A stretch of 64,000 nt of DNA from an uncultured Acidobacteriaceae bacterium (GCA_963813215.1 CAWEXZ010000010.1:160540-224539); one strand, 5' to 3'; shown: positions 1 to 11,164, counted from the first letter of the stretch. Notes: generated by a model from the letters alone, not told the origin. Numbers and translations are program-made.

Positions 1-287
1 CTCCTTCCGTCGGCCCGCACTTCCAGCAGCACATGAGCCCGCGCCGCAGCGGGGGACGTGATCTCCAGCAAGATCCGCAGCACGCCTGGGAACCAGCGCG
101 CCTTGATTTGGAGGTTGTCGGTGGTACGAACGCCATTCGCGTCCACGCGTACCAGACGTCCGTTGAGGCGATAATCGGCCGATTCCACTTGTTGCCGTGC
201 CGCTATCAACGCAGTCTGGGCGTGCCCCATCTGTGCGCCGAATGGCAGCAGCAGACAGGCGGCAAGCACGCAGACTCGACCTCTCAT
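1..287 (-). CDS. Secreted LolA-like (outer-membrane lipoprotein-sorting-like) protein, N-terminal part only; continues beyond window start
   Basis: Absent from the ORF track because it is open at the window edge. My reverse-strand translation from ATG at 287 gives MRGRVCVLAACLLLPFGAQMGHAQTALIAARQQVESADYRLNGRLVRVDANG..., a signal peptide followed by a soluble domain. There is an ATGA stop/start overlap (284-287) with the upstream ABC ATPase. The function is inferred from genomic context. Confidence 0.45.
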   Translation of the reverse strand, partial: MRGRVCVLAACLLLPFGAQMGHAQTALIAARQQVESADYRLNGRLVRVDANGVRTTDNLQIKARWFPGVLRILLEITSPAAARAHVLLEVRADGR

Positions 288-991
288 GGCTCAACCCTTC
301 CATCGCGGATGCGAATTTGACGGGGCGCGGCGTGTGCGATGGCATTGTCGTGCGTCACTATAATCAGCGTCATGCCACGCTGCTTCTGAATCCCGGTCAG
401 CATTTCCATGATCCGCGCCGAGTTGACGCTGTCCAAATTGCCGGTCGGCTCGTCGGCCAGCAGAATCTCCGGATCGTTGGCCAGCGCTCGTGCGATCGCC
501 ACACGCTGGCGCTCGCCCGCAGAAAGCTCATTGGGATATTGCCGGAGTCGATGCTCCAGGCCGACTTCCTGCAGCAGAGCGTGAGCCCTCGCCGCACGAT
601 TGCATCCGCCCGCACCCACGGCCAGCATGGGCAACTGCACGTTCTCGACAGCCCGCAAGGTTGGCATGAGATAAAACGACTGGAAGATGAACCCGACCTT
701 GCGCGACCGGTAGGTGTCGAGATCGATAGCGGAGCCAAGGGATGCATTGCGGAACAGTATCTGGCCACTGGTAGGAGTGTCGAGGCCGCCCAGCAGATGC
801 AGCAATGTGGACTTGCCGCTTCCGCTGGCTCCGCTGATGGCTACATATTCGCCGGCGGCGATCGACAGATCCACACCGCGGAGCGCTTCGATGCGTCCTT
901 CGTCGTAGCTCTTGCAAACGCAACGAGCCTCAAGAACCGGATAATTGGCGGGACTGGCCACAGAACTAGTAAGAGTAGCAGAACTAGTCAT
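284..991 (-). CDS. ABC transporter ATP-binding protein (MacB/LolD type)
   Basis: Walker A GASGSGKST, ABC signature LSAGERQRVAIARAL and Walker B ILLADEPTGNLD. I moved the start to ATG 991 (MTSSATL...), which overlaps the permease stop by 8 nt. Confidence 0.9.
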   Translation of the reverse strand: MTSSATLTSSVASPANYPVLEARCVCKSYDEGRIEALRGVDLSIAAGEYVAISGASGSGKSTLLHLLGGLDTPTSGQILFRNASLGSAIDLDTYRSRKVGFIFQSFYLMPTLRAVENVQLPMLAVGAGGCNRAARAHALLQEVGLEHRLRQYPNELSAGERQRVAIARALANDPEILLADEPTGNLDSVNSARIMEMLTGIQKQRGMTLIIVTHDNAIAHAAPRQIRIRDGRVEP

Positions 992-2114
992 GGCGCAGCG
1001 CCTCCACAGGGGAGAGTTGCGCTCCACGCCAAGCCGGAACCGCGCCCGCCGCCAGGCCAGCGAAGACTCCGACTGCCAAGGTTTGCGCCAGAAGCGAAAT
1101 GGCGATGTGGGAGGAGACGATGCTGGCGGTTTGGGGCAGTTGGGCGAGCAGGTGGAGGCCCCAGCATCCAAGCGCGATGCCAATCAGCGATCCGCCCAGG
1201 CCGAGCACCACAGCCTCAAACTGGATAAGGGCCAGCACCTGCCACCGCTTCCAGCCCAGCGCACGCAGGATTCCGATCTCGCGGGTGCGCTCGAAAACCG
1301 ACATGGCCATGGTGTTGGCGATGCCCAGGATGCCAATGAGCAGGGCGATGGACGAGGTGCCCCAGGCCGATGCGTGCGCTAGTCGCACAAATTCATTGCT
1401 GCTGGCGCGCTCCTCCGCGGGCACTGCGCGCAGGCCCGGCAGGGCCGCCTGTATCTGCGCCTGGGCCTGTTTCAGATACTCGTCCGGCGATTCTCCATGC
1501 GGCGCCGGACGCAGGCGAACGTGAATCGTTGAAACTTTGCCTTGGAGTCCACTCAACTGCTGCAACTGGTCCAGCGGCATAATGACGGCGTCGGCCTCCA
1601 GCGCGGATCCACCGTGAAAGATGCCGACAACAGTGAACGGCGACCCCTGAATCTCCATCGTGTCGCCGACTGTTTTCTTCAGGTTGTCTGACAGCAGATA
1701 GCCCAGCATCACCTCCGGCTTTCCGTCCTGAAAAGGATGCCCGGAGAGAATCTGCAAAGACCCGAACTCGTAAGAATCGGCCTTCCACCCGTACGACAGC
1801 GCATTCACTTCCGGCGTCAGGTCCATCACGTTATAGATGGTGGGAGAAACCTCGGAGACCACCGGCAGCGTCCGCAGCTTGGCTACTGCGGATTCGTTGA
1901 TTGAGGTATTCAAAAAGGTTTGCTGAATGACGGCAATGTCGGTGCCGCTGCTCGTATAAAGGTGCAGCCATGCTTGTTCAAACGCGTTGGAAAAGCCTAC
2001 CAGGCCCACAAAAGCACCGATTGCCATTCCAATTCCGCCAAGAGTTAGCAGTGTCCTCAGCCGTCGTCGGCAGAGGTTCTTCCACACAAAACCGGGAAAT
2101 GACAGTTGATTCAT
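984..2114 (-). CDS. ABC transporter permease, FtsX/MacB type
   Basis: 376 aa. It has an N-terminal TM helix (LRTLLTLGGIGMAIGAFVGLV), a large periplasmic domain and a C-terminal FtsX-like TM bundle (RTREIGILRALGWKRWQVL...). It is translationally coupled to the ATPase. Confidence 0.85.
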   Translation of the reverse strand: MNQLSFPGFVWKNLCRRRLRTLLTLGGIGMAIGAFVGLVGFSNAFEQAWLHLYTSSGTDIAVIQQTFLNTSINESAVAKLRTLPVVSEVSPTIYNVMDLTPEVNALSYGWKADSYEFGSLQILSGHPFQDGKPEVMLGYLLSDNLKKTVGDTMEIQGSPFTVVGIFHGGSALEADAVIMPLDQLQQLSGLQGKVSTIHVRLRPAPHGESPDEYLKQAQAQIQAALPGLRAVPAEERASSNEFVRLAHASAWGTSSIALLIGILGIANTMAMSVFERTREIGILRALGWKRWQVLALIQFEAVVLGLGGSLIGIALGCWGLHLLAQLPQTASIVSSHIAISLLAQTLAVGVFAGLAAGAVPAWRGAQLSPVEALRHD

Positions 2115-2715
2115 TATAAATGCTGCACCGAGTCCTCAGATTTTTCTGGATGGGGACCAGCGCAGTTTATAAGGTGGCAAAGCGGCTTGTCTATCAGGCG
2201 ATCGACAGACTCCCGTTTCTGGGAGATGAATATGCGGCGGCGAGGGGCTGCTGGCGGCTCGGTTCTCCGTTGCGGTATGCAGTGTTGAGCTGGACAACTT
2301 GCAGGTAAATTGGTGATGTTCACTGCCATTGCCTGTTTTTGCACATATCGATGGGCGGGTCGCCGGCGCCAACATTCGTTTTTTGCCTGGATTTGCCCGA
2401 ACTTGCCTGCACCGCACCTTAGATGCCGCTTATCTGCATTCTGCCGCTGCGAATGGGCATGTTTTCTTGATTGCAGCCCCCAGACCCTGAATTTCCGTGT
2501 ACTGAAACTTCGCAAAATTCCAGCACGTCAGAATCAGCAGTGAGGACGCACCATGCCATGGAGGCGGCGACGCCTTCAGGCCGCTTCCTGCCGTAACCGG
2601 AAGCGGCAGAATGCGCGTCCATCAACACGAGTCTCGACCCAGGCCAGTAAGCGAAGAAGCGGTATCTGAAGATCCGAGCCGCCGTAGAACGAAAATCCAC
2701 TTTTCTACGGGAACC

Positions 2716-5700
2716 GTGAAACGCATAATTTTCAATCTCATTTGCGGCCACGCATTTCGTAGTGCACTGCGCGCGGCATGGCTGACCACGGTCCTGCTGG
2801 TGTGTGTTGCGCTTGCACTGGGTCAGAGCAGCGGACGAAACACCGGCGGCATTCGCGGCCAGGTAGCTGATCCCACCGGCGCTGTCATTCCGGGCGCGAC
2901 CGTAGTGGCCACCACCACATCAGGCGAAGTGGCGGGGCACGCCACATCGGATGGCGCCGGTGCCTATGCGATTCACGGGTTGGCCCCGGGGACGTACAGC
3001 GTTACAGCCACGGCCAACGGCTTCGCCTCTTTTGCGGCTCCAGGCATCGTGGTCGCCGTTGGCCAGATGCGCACAATCAACGCAGCCTTGACGATCGCTG
3101 TCCAGCAGCAGCAGGTGCAGGTTCAGGCGGAGTCCAACACGGTTAGCACCAGCCCGGAAAACAATGCCAACGCAGTTGTGATCAAGGGCAAGGATCTCGA
3201 CGCACTCTCGGATGATCCCGACGAGTTGCAAAACGAATTGCAGGCGCTGGCCGGGCCGGCCGCAGGTCCCAATGGCGGCCAGATTTATATTGATGGTTTT
3301 ACCGGCGGCCAACTCCCGCCAAAGTCATCGATCCGCGAGATTCGCGTCAATCAGAATCCGTTTTCGGCGGAGTACGACCGGCTGGGCTATGGGCGCATTG
3401 AAATCTTTACCAAACCAGGTACCGACAAGCAGCACGGTAGTTTGCAGGTGCAGGGAAACGATTCTGCGTTCAACACCGAGAATCCGCTGCTGGTCAATGC
3501 TCCAGAGCCGCCCTACTACTCCTGGAGTTTGCGTGGCTCTACCAGCGGACCGATCACAAAGAATACGTCGTACTTTGTGAGCGTGATGACGCGGCAACAG
3601 CAGAATGAGAACGTTGTGTTGGCGATCAATCCGGCGAGCATAACGGCCGCCGATCTCAACGGTACCTCGATTGACGAAGCCTTCGGCAATCCGACTTCGC
3701 GGCTCGACATCAGCCCTCGCGTGGACCTGCAGTTGGGCGAATCCAATACCCTCACCATTCGCGAGACCTATAACCGCAGTGTGAGCACCAACAGTATCGG
3801 AACCAACGGGCTTACGCTGCCCGATTACGCCACCAACAGCAACAACCAGGAGAATGCGCTCCAGGTCTCCGATAGCTGGATGCTGAGCAAGAATCTTGTC
3901 GATGATATCCGGTTCCAGTACCGGCGCGTCCGCTATCAAACCATGGCAATTTCCAACCTACCCTCCTACACGCTGCAGGAGCAGTTCTCCGACGGTGGCA
4001 ATCCGGAGCAATCTTCTGAGGACCACCAGAATGATCTCGAGCTGCAGAATTACTTCTCCGGCGTGAAAGGCGCCCACTCGCTGAACTTTGGAGCCAGAGT
4101 GCGCGCCTATCCGGATGTGAACTACACCACCAGCGGCAGCAACGGAGCCTATACGTTTTCCAACTCGACAAACTTTGTCGGTTGCTATCAGACCCCGCCG
4201 GGAGGAACACCGCCACCCAGTTGCATCCCGCAGCAGTACACCTACACCAAAATCAACAACCCCGTAGCGAAGGCCGTGCTCTTCGACGCGGCCCTCTTCT
4301 ACCAGGACGACTGGAAGGTGAATCGCCGTTTCACTTTCAGTTACGGCGTTCGTTGGGAGACGCAGAATTGGATCAGCGACAAGAGTGACTGGGCGCCGCG
4401 CCTGTCTCTGGCCTACGCCATCGGCCATAATGCCGGCAAGCAGCCGAAGACGGTTCTGCGCGCGGGCTATGGATGGTTTTATCAGCGCTTCACGGTCGCC
4501 AATGGATTTGGCGCCAGTGCTCCGTACGTGATCGATACCATTCATGAAAATGGCGTGAATGAGCAGCAGTTCATCCAGACCTCCGGCATCACGTTCAACC
4601 AGTACACGACCACACCGATTTCCGCGAGCACTTCAGGGAGCGCCACAGGGAAAAACGCGCCCACCTTCTATACCATCGCCCCGAATTTCCACGCGGCCAA
4701 CGACATGGAAGCCGCCATCGGCGTCGACCGGCAAATCACCCGCTCCATCACCGGCAACGTTACCTATGTGTACTCGCAGGGAGTCCACCAGTTCTTCACC
4801 GATAACTTGAGTGCGGCCGCGGTATTTCCCCAGGCCGACGCGCTGAATGGCACTTACCCGGCAACTGCTCCTGCCCCGCCACCGGAAAACAACCTGCAGT
4901 ACCAGTCGGGAGGATTTTATCGCGAGAGCCAGATCATGGCGACGATGCGCGCGACATACCGAAAATTCAGCTTCTTTACCAACTACACCTTCAGCAATGC
5001 TCACGGAAACACGAGCGGCGTAAGCTCGGTGCCTTCAGTATCGAGCTATCCCGGACTGGACTACGGCCGCACCAGTTTCGATATTACGAACCGCTTTATG
5101 CTGTTCGGAAATTTCTCGCTGCCGTGGCGAGTATCGTTATCGCCAATGATTGTGGCAAACTCAGGTGCCCCGTTCAACATCACCACCGGCAGCGACCTTA
5201 CCGCGAATAACCAATTCAACGCGCGGCCCACCTACTCGGCCGATTGCTCGGAGTCCATCGCGATCTCAACGCGGTGGGGTTGCTTCGATGCTGAGCCATA
5301 CGGACCAAGCCCCGTAGCTGGCACCACACCCATTGAACCGTATGCTGCTAACGAGAAAATTGTGCCCTACGGGTTGGGTACTGGACCGGCCAACGTGAGC
5401 TTGAACATGCGCCTCAGCGAGGTATTTGGCATCGGGCCCAAAGTGGAGGGAGGGTCCGGCTATAGCGGTGGTGGCGGAAGAGGTGCCGGCGGCGGTGGTG
5501 GTTATCGCGGTGGCCCTCCGGGGCTCGCTGGCGGATTGAGTGGAAGCCAGGGAGGTCCCGGCCGACTCGATCAGTCGGTGCCGCGGAAATACAGTCTCAC
5601 ATTCTCCATATGGGGCACGAATCTTCTCAACCACGAGAACCTGGGCACGCCCAACGGAGCACTCTCCGCGCCAACGCTGTTTGGCCGCTCCCAGACCCTT

Positions 5701-5772
5701 GCCGGTGGCTTTTTTGCATCGCCCACCGCCGGTAATCGAAACATCTCACTGCAGGCGACATTCAGTTTTTGA
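2716..5772 (+). CDS. TonB-dependent receptor-like outer membrane protein with N-terminal carboxypeptidase-regulatory-like domain
   Basis: Signal peptide, then GIRGQVADPTGAVIPGATVVATT...GTYSVTATANGF (CarboxypepD_reg-like), a plug-like segment (IKGKDLDALSDDPDELQNELQALAGP, IREIRVNQNPFSAEYD) and a long beta-barrel ending in an aromatic residue (LQATFSF). The likely start is GTG 2716 (VKRIIFNL...) rather than the ORF-track start at 2611. Confidence 0.8.
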   Translation: MKRIIFNLICGHAFRSALRAAWLTTVLLVCVALALGQSSGRNTGGIRGQVADPTGAVIPGATVVATTTSGEVAGHATSDGAGAYAIHGLAPGTYSVTATANGFASFAAPGIVVAVGQMRTINAALTIAVQQQQVQVQAESNTVSTSPENNANAVVIKGKDLDALSDDPDELQNELQALAGPAAGPNGGQIYIDGFTGGQLPPKSSIREIRVNQNPFSAEYDRLGYGRIEIFTKPGTDKQHGSLQVQGNDSAFNTENPLLVNAPEPPYYSWSLRGSTSGPITKNTSYFVSVMTRQQQNENVVLAINPASITAADLNGTSIDEAFGNPTSRLDISPRVDLQLGESNTLTIRETYNRSVSTNSIGTNGLTLPDYATNSNNQENALQVSDSWMLSKNLVDDIRFQYRRVRYQTMAISNLPSYTLQEQFSDGGNPEQSSEDHQNDLELQNYFSGVKGAHSLNFGARVRAYPDVNYTTSGSNGAYTFSNSTNFVGCYQTPPGGTPPPSCIPQQYTYTKINNPVAKAVLFDAALFYQDDWKVNRRFTFSYGVRWETQNWISDKSDWAPRLSLAYAIGHNAGKQPKTVLRAGYGWFYQRFTVANGFGASAPYVIDTIHENGVNEQQFIQTSGITFNQYTTTPISASTSGSATGKNAPTFYTIAPNFHAANDMEAAIGVDRQITRSITGNVTYVYSQGVHQFFTDNLSAAAVFPQADALNGTYPATAPAPPPENNLQYQSGGFYRESQIMATMRATYRKFSFFTNYTFSNAHGNTSGVSSVPSVSSYPGLDYGRTSFDITNRFMLFGNFSLPWRVSLSPMIVANSGAPFNITTGSDLTANNQFNARPTYSADCSESIAISTRWGCFDAEPYGPSPVAGTTPIEPYAANEKIVPYGLGTGPANVSLNMRLSEVFGIGPKVEGGSGYSGGGGRGAGGGGGYRGGPPGLAGGLSGSQGGPGRLDQSVPRKYSLTFSIWGTNLLNHENLGTPNGALSAPTLFGRSQTLAGGFFASPTAGNRNISLQATFSF

Positions 5773-5925
5773 TTTCCGACGAACTGACTCCATACGCACG
5801 CGCATACTCCGGACATTTGAAGAAGCGGAGCTGCGATCGATGGTTGCTCAGCGTGCAAGAGCGACCGCTCGGGGTGGAGAGACAAGGGTAGCCGGGTCGG
5901 GGAGACCGGCGTCAGAGGGAGCTGG

Positions 5926-6822
5926 CTATTTCTGCGGCTGCGCTGGAGCCTGCTGGCCGCCATTCTGCTGGCCGTTCTGCTGCCCGTTCTTGGTAATGTC
6001 CTGCCCGTCGAAGATGATCGTCGTGCTCGAACCGAAGCGCTTGTAATCCGTGTACTTCACGATGTCGCGGATGTGCACGTCCTGGTCCATGTAGCCGTAG
6101 CCGCCGGTGAAGTGCAGAACCCCTTCGCCGCGGGTGTAGACGGGGAACCAGTAGTGGCCGTCGACCTGCTGTCGCCAGGTCATGAACGGCGGATGCAGAT
6201 CCTCTTGACCCTTTTTCGTGTCATCCGGAACCATCCGGCCGTCGGTGACCACGATCTGCAGATCTTTGGCGTCCACCCAGATGCGGCCGTCGAGGTACCG
6301 CTGGTGCTTCTCGATCGTCTTGGGCGCCACGTCGAAGACATAGCACTCCAGGTCGTCTACCTTCTGCCGCCCCACGTAGTTGATGTTGTACTTGGGCACG
6401 TCGGCAGTGGTCAGCACAAACGGGTAGCCGTGCTGGATGTCCTGGAGGTCTGACGGCGACATCATCACGCGGCTGAGGGTGCTGGGCGGGGCATCAACAA
6501 CCTTCTCAGTGCGCGCGCCGCTGGGGTCGAAGATCACGTCGTCCACCTCGAACCACTCGCCGTCAACCTTGTTGGTATCGTCGTCAACTGTATCGACACG
6601 GGCAACACGCCGATAAGTATAGTGGTTGAGCGCTTCCTGGAACTCGCTCTCCTTGGCGGAAAACTGCTTGATGATCTGGTCCGGGGGAATGGAAGGCGGC
6701 GTCAGGTCCATGCGCCCAAAGCCCGAATCGAGCGCCATAGGGGTAAAACTATCCTTTTGCGCGGAGAGCGACATCGCAGACCCTGCGGCCAGAACCAGGA
6801 TTATCCACCACCGATTGCGCAC
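5926..6822 (-). CDS. Hypothetical secreted protein (possibly LolA-like fold)
   Basis: Start set at GTG 6822, 8 nt downstream of a GGAGG Shine-Dalgarno. Signal peptide VRNRWWIILVLAAGSAMSLSAQ. The C-terminal tail is Q/N/G-rich (NGQQNGQQNGGQQAPAQPQK). The function was not recognised with confidence. Confidence 0.6.
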   Translation of the reverse strand: MRNRWWIILVLAAGSAMSLSAQKDSFTPMALDSGFGRMDLTPPSIPPDQIIKQFSAKESEFQEALNHYTYRRVARVDTVDDDTNKVDGEWFEVDDVIFDPSGARTEKVVDAPPSTLSRVMMSPSDLQDIQHGYPFVLTTADVPKYNINYVGRQKVDDLECYVFDVAPKTIEKHQRYLDGRIWVDAKDLQIVVTDGRMVPDDTKKGQEDLHPPFMTWRQQVDGHYWFPVYTRGEGVLHFTGGYGYMDQDVHIRDIVKYTDYKRFGSSTTIIFDGQDITKNGQQNGQQNGGQQAPAQPQK

Positions 6823-7105
6823 TGCGATTACCTCCCTGGATGGCTGGCGGCGTGAAAAAGGAAACCGAAAGCCGGTTTTTGAACGCCCGACCGGACTCCG
6901 CGTGGAGTCCGTCTCTACAACTTTAGACGCATTGAGGCGCCTTCCGGGAGGCCAAAACAATCGGAGGTGCGGAATAGCAGTTTTCGGGTGTTTGCGTTCC
7001 AGGTTCCAGAGACTGGATTCCTGCGCGCAGACATCATGCAACCGTCCGTTTCGGCAGAAGATTGAAAGAGCCCCTCGAAGCAGGGGATGGAGATAGCGGC
7101 TTCCC

Positions 7106-9169
7106 ATGCCCGACACCTATCACGCGCCAGCACTGATCCTGACCGCGCTCCTGTTACCGGCTTTCGGATATCTGTATCACAGGTATCGCGACGCGCGCAC
7201 GCTTCTCTGGCTCTTGGGCTTCCTGCTTTCCATCGTCGCTATGTTGTTGCTTTACCCAATGGGTTCAAGAACTGCCCTGGGCGATAGCGGCCCGTGGATG
7301 AAGGCAGCCGGGCGCAGTGCATTTCTTGCCGGAACAGCTGTTTTTCTGGCTTCGCTTTCGCCGCTTGGATTTCGATTCGGCGGGCGCCGCATCCTCTACG
7401 TGATTCCGTTCACCGCTCCGCTGGTCCTTTATTCCCTCCTGCTCTACGGGGTTTATGGCGGCCACCCGACCCACCTGGCGCTCCTGCTCGTATTCCCCAC
7501 GCTGGGCGCTGTCAGCCTGGTGGCCTGCTACTTTTGGGGTGCCGACCCCTATTCCATGCCGCGCTGGCTGGGCATTGCGGGCTGTGTCGCGCTGGGCGGC
7601 GTAGCCTATTGGGTCTTCCTCATCCAGGGAGCTACTTCGCCGCTGTTCGTGGTGGAGAGCGCCAACCTGTTCATGACCGCCCTGTTGGTGGCGTTCGTCT
7701 TCCGGCGCATTTCTCCGGGCGTGGTGCTCACCGTCACGGGGTTTCTGGCCTGGTCGCTCACCGGGGTGCGCCTGATCCCCAGCGTCCTCATTCATTCGGC
7801 CGCCGATATCCATCTGCTTCAGGTCATCATCACCGGCAAGGTGGTGGCGGCAATGGGTATGATCCTTCTGGCTCTTGAGGACGAAGTGGCCGCGAACAAG
7901 GCCGGCCGCGAGCGCGAGCACCGCGCGCGGCTTGAGCTCGAGGCCTACACCCGTCTCATGCTGTCCCGCCGCCACGTGCGGGATTTCGACCAGCAGGGGC
8001 AGGAAATTTGCGATGCCGTGGCTGCGCATAGCCGTTTTGCGCAAGTAGGGCTGCTTCTGCACAGCGGCGGCCGCTTCCGCCTGGCGGGTTCGGCAGGACT
8101 CGAAGCTGCCATTACCAAGGCGCTCGACGACCTGGCGGGGCGGCTGCCTGCCACCGGATTTCTGGCCACCGGTTCCGCGCCTTTGGCCGTAGACGGAAGT
8201 CACACCGCGGCGCTCGATCTGGAGCCTTGGCTTGCGCCCGGCGATGATTTGAAGCGCCTGGGATTTACACGTGTGTTGGCCGTGCCCATGCTCAACCGCG
8301 CTGTGACGGAGGGCGCGCTGCTGTTGGCCGGCATGCGGCCAGCAGACCAAGCGAAACGTCCCGGCCGAAAACTGCCTGGCCTGCAGTCCGACGTGTTGCG
8401 CGCCGACGATCTGCTGCCCATCGAAATGTTCGCTGCGCGCCTGCAGGCCACACGCAGCCAGACCATGATGTTGGAGAAGCTGATCGATTCGGAAAAGTTC
8501 GGCCATCTGGGCCAATTGGCGGCGAGCGTCACCCAGCAGCTCAATAATCCGCTCACCGTGATCCTGGGCTACGCGTCGCTGCTCGAAAGCACCGCTACGC
8601 TTGAGCCGCAGGACCGCAAGGGCGTGGAATCGATCCTCGTGGAAGCGCGCCACATGCGCGACACCCTCGAGAGCCTGGCGCGCATCTCGCGCCCGCAGAG
8701 CGACCAATTGGCCGCGGTCTCGATTGCCGAACTGCTTACCGACCTCGGCGAGCTGCACCGGCCCGAGTTCCTGGAGCGCTCCATCCAGTTCCGCATGAGT
8801 GTGGCCCCGAACTTGCCCCGCGCCCTCTGCAGCCCACAGCAGTTGCGCCAGGCGGTGCGCCACTGCATGCAGTTTGCAATGGATGCCGTGGCCAGCCCGG
8901 GCGCGGCCCTTGATGAGTCCCGCGTGATCCGGCTGGAAGCAGCCAGCGAAGACGGCCGGGTACAGATTCTGATCGCGCACTCGGGGCCGGCCTTTGTGAG
9001 CCCGGAGCGCGCCTTCGATCCCTTTATGCCCCCGCAAAACGGCAGCGAATCGACCGGCCTGGGACTGAGCCTGTGCGCCACCATCCTGCGCGACAACGAA
9101 GGACGCGCCTCGGCGGTGAACCTGGATCCCCACGGAGCTGCGATTATTCTGGAGTTGAAGGCGGCGTGA
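7106..9169 (+). CDS. Sensor histidine kinase with polytopic N-terminal membrane domain and GAF-like region
   Basis: About 7-8 hydrophobic helices in the first ~265 aa. HisKA H-box FGHLGQLAASVTQQLNNPLTVILGY. The C-terminal HATPase has G-boxes (GLGLSLC). Confidence 0.85.
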   Translation: MPDTYHAPALILTALLLPAFGYLYHRYRDARTLLWLLGFLLSIVAMLLLYPMGSRTALGDSGPWMKAAGRSAFLAGTAVFLASLSPLGFRFGGRRILYVIPFTAPLVLYSLLLYGVYGGHPTHLALLLVFPTLGAVSLVACYFWGADPYSMPRWLGIAGCVALGGVAYWVFLIQGATSPLFVVESANLFMTALLVAFVFRRISPGVVLTVTGFLAWSLTGVRLIPSVLIHSAADIHLLQVIITGKVVAAMGMILLALEDEVAANKAGREREHRARLELEAYTRLMLSRRHVRDFDQQGQEICDAVAAHSRFAQVGLLLHSGGRFRLAGSAGLEAAITKALDDLAGRLPATGFLATGSAPLAVDGSHTAALDLEPWLAPGDDLKRLGFTRVLAVPMLNRAVTEGALLLAGMRPADQAKRPGRKLPGLQSDVLRADDLLPIEMFAARLQATRSQTMMLEKLIDSEKFGHLGQLAASVTQQLNNPLTVILGYASLLESTATLEPQDRKGVESILVEARHMRDTLESLARISRPQSDQLAAVSIAELLTDLGELHRPEFLERSIQFRMSVAPNLPRALCSPQQLRQAVRHCMQFAMDAVASPGAALDESRVIRLEAASEDGRVQILIAHSGPAFVSPERAFDPFMPPQNGSESTGLGLSLCATILRDNEGRASAVNLDPHGAAIILELKAA

Positions 9170-9187
9170 GCGCCGCGGGCTGGAGAA

Positions 9188-9236
9188 TGTAGCGGCGGTC
9201 TCTGACCGGCTGTCGCGCGGGCCTCCAGGCCCGCAC
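9188..9236. repeat. Family C double-hairpin element (reverse orientation)
   Basis: tgtagcggcGGTCTCtGACCggctgtcgcGCGGGCCtccaGGCCCGCac. Confidence 0.8.
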
Positions 9237-9292
9237 AGTTGAGCTACTAGTACCGCTACTTCGTGATTCCGTAATCGTGCCCACGACCTCGG

Positions 9293-9320
9293 GTGCCGAT
9301 TTTGAGACCTGGGAAAGCAC
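9293..9320. repeat. Partial family A variant (opposite orientation)
   Basis: gtgccgattttgagacctgggaaagcac. Confidence 0.5.
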
Positions 9321-9340
9321 GAAACTACACAATCACAGCA

Positions 9341-11164
9341 CTAGCTCGCCGCTCCAGCCTTTTCCCACCGCTTGGGCCTGCGGTTCGCCTGCAGAATCTT
9401 CTTGCGCAACCGCAGCGACTTAGGCGTCACTTCAACAAACTCATCGTCGGCGATGAATTCGATCGCCTGCTCCAGATTGAGCGTCTTGTAAGGCACCAGG
9501 CGGATAGCTTCATCGGCCGATGAGGCGCGCATGTTGGTCATCTTCTTCTCGCGCACCACATTCACGTCGAGATCGTTGTCGCGCGAGTGCTCGCCCACGA
9601 TCATGCCTTCGTACACTTCCACGCCCGCGCCCAGGAAGAGAATGCCGCGTTCCTGCAGCCCGTTCAGCGCATAGGTGGTGGTTGGGCCCTGGCGGTCGGA
9701 GATAAGCGCGCCCGTGGGCCGCTGCGGAATCTCACCCTGGTAGGGAATGTATCCATCGAACAACGTATTCATGACAATTGTCCCGCGCGTCTCGGTCAGC
9801 ATCTCCGAGCGCAGCCCGATGAGGCCGCGGCTGGGGACGCGAAACTCAAGGCGCACGCGGCCGGAGCCGTGATTGTGCATCTTGGTCATTTCGCCCTTGC
9901 GCGGACCCAGCTTTTCAATCACCACGCCGGTGTGCTGCTCGGGCACGTCGATGGTGAGGTGTTCCACCGGTTCCATGCGCACACCGTCCACAACCTTGGT
10001 GACGATCTCCGGGCGGCCGGCCATCAGCTCATAGCCTTCGCGGCGCATCATCTCAATGAGAATGGCAAGCTGCAATTCGCCGCGACCGAGAACCTTGAAT
10101 GTATCGGGTGAGCCTGTGTCCTCCACACGAATGGACACGTTGGTGAGCAGCTCCTTTTCGAGACGCTCGCGGAGATTGCGGCTGGTGACGTACTGGCCTT
10201 CGCGACCGGCGAAGGGCGAGTTGTTGACGCTGAATTGGATGGCAATGGTGGGCTCGTCGATGACGATGAGCGGCAGCGGCGCGGGATTCTCGACGCTCGT
10301 AATCGTCTCGCCAATGGTGATGCCTTCGATGCCGGCCACGGCGACGATGTCTCCCAGTGTGGTCTGCTCAGTCTCCGTGCGCTTCAGCCCCGAAAAGGTA
10401 AACAGCTTGGTGATCTTGGTTTTATAGAGGGATCCGTCGCGGCGGGAGATGTTGACTTCGTCGCCCACGTGCAGCGTTCCCTGAAAGACCCGGCAAATGG
10501 CGATGCGGCCAAAGTAATCCGAGTAGTCGAGATTCGTCACCAGAATCTGCAGTATGCCTTCGGGATCGCCCGTAGCCTCGGGAATGGTGTTCACGATGGC
10601 TTCGAAGAGCGGCTTGAGGTCCGTGCCCGGAACCGCGGGATCGATGCCGGCTGTGCCGTTTTTTGCAACCGCGTAGAGCACCGGAAAATCGAGCTGCGAT
10701 TCTTCGGCGTCGAGATCGATGAAAAGATCGTAAATTTCGTTGAGAACTTCCTGCGGGCGCGCGTCGGGGCGATCGATCTTGTTGATCACCACGATGGGCT
10801 TGAGCTTGGCTTCGAGGGCCTTGGAGAGCACATAGCGGGTCTGCGGGAGCGGGCCTTCGGCCGCATCCACCAACAGCATGACGCCGTCAACCATCTTAAG
10901 TGCGCGCTCGACTTCGCCGCCGAAATCGGCGTGGCCCGGCGTGTCGACGATGTTGATCTTGCCGCCGCCGTAGTTGATGGCGGTATTTTTGGCCAGAATG
11001 GTGATGCCGCGCTCGCGCTCCAGCTCGTTCGAATCCATCACGCGGTCCGCCACCTGCTCGTTGGCGCGAAAGGTGCCGGCCTGGCGCAGCATCGCGTCTA
11101 CCAGGGTGGTCTTGCCGTGATCGACATGGGCGATGATGGCGATATTGCGTATCGTCTGGCTCAA
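9341..11164 (-). CDS. typA: Translational GTPase TypA/BipA
   Basis: 607 aa. [37 protein letters not shown] and NKIDR G-motifs, followed by EF-G-like domains. Confidence 0.97.
   Translation of the reverse strand: MSQTIRNIAIIAHVDHGKTTLVDAMLRQAGTFRANEQVADRVMDSNELERERGITILAKNTAINYGGGKINIVDTPGHADFGGEVERALKMVDGVMLLVDAAEGPLPQTRYVLSKALEAKLKPIVVINKIDRPDARPQEVLNEIYDLFIDLDAEESQLDFPVLYAVAKNGTAGIDPAVPGTDLKPLFEAIVNTIPEATGDPEGILQILVTNLDYSDYFGRIAICRVFQGTLHVGDEVNISRRDGSLYKTKITKLFTFSGLKRTETEQTTLGDIVAVAGIEGITIGETITSVENPAPLPLIVIDEPTIAIQFSVNNSPFAGREGQYVTSRNLRERLEKELLTNVSIRVEDTGSPDTFKVLGRGELQLAILIEMMRREGYELMAGRPEIVTKVVDGVRMEPVEHLTIDVPEQHTGVVIEKLGPRKGEMTKMHNHGSGRVRLEFRVPSRGLIGLRSEMLTETRGTIVMNTLFDGYIPYQGEIPQRPTGALISDRQGPTTTYALNGLQERGILFLGAGVEVYEGMIVGEHSRDNDLDVNVVREKKMTNMRASSADEAIRLVPYKTLNLEQAIEFIADDEFVEVTPKSLRLRKKILQANRRPKRWEKAGAAS

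Noticed and set aside
2581-2608. Hairpin GCCGCTTCC-N10-GGAAGCGGC just upstream of the TonB-dependent receptor, considered as a riboswitch or attenuator.
   Set aside because: It is an isolated 9-bp stem with no flanking conserved riboswitch core that I can recognise, and it overlaps the non-preferred upstream part of the ORF-track reading frame. The evidence is insufficient.
7265-9133. 622-aa ORF antisense to the sensor kinase. Similar long antisense or shadow ORFs occur at 43214-46084 (956 aa), 49172-51238 (688 aa), 33027-34550 (507 aa), 32261-33715 (484 aa), 21030-22514 (494 aa), 11291-12664 (457 aa) and 59205-60287 (360 aa).
   Set aside because: Each lies opposite, or out of frame with, a gene that has clear family motifs. 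Their translations are R/A/G/P/H-rich low-complexity sequence typical of stop-poor antisense frames in high-GC DNA, with no recognisable motifs.
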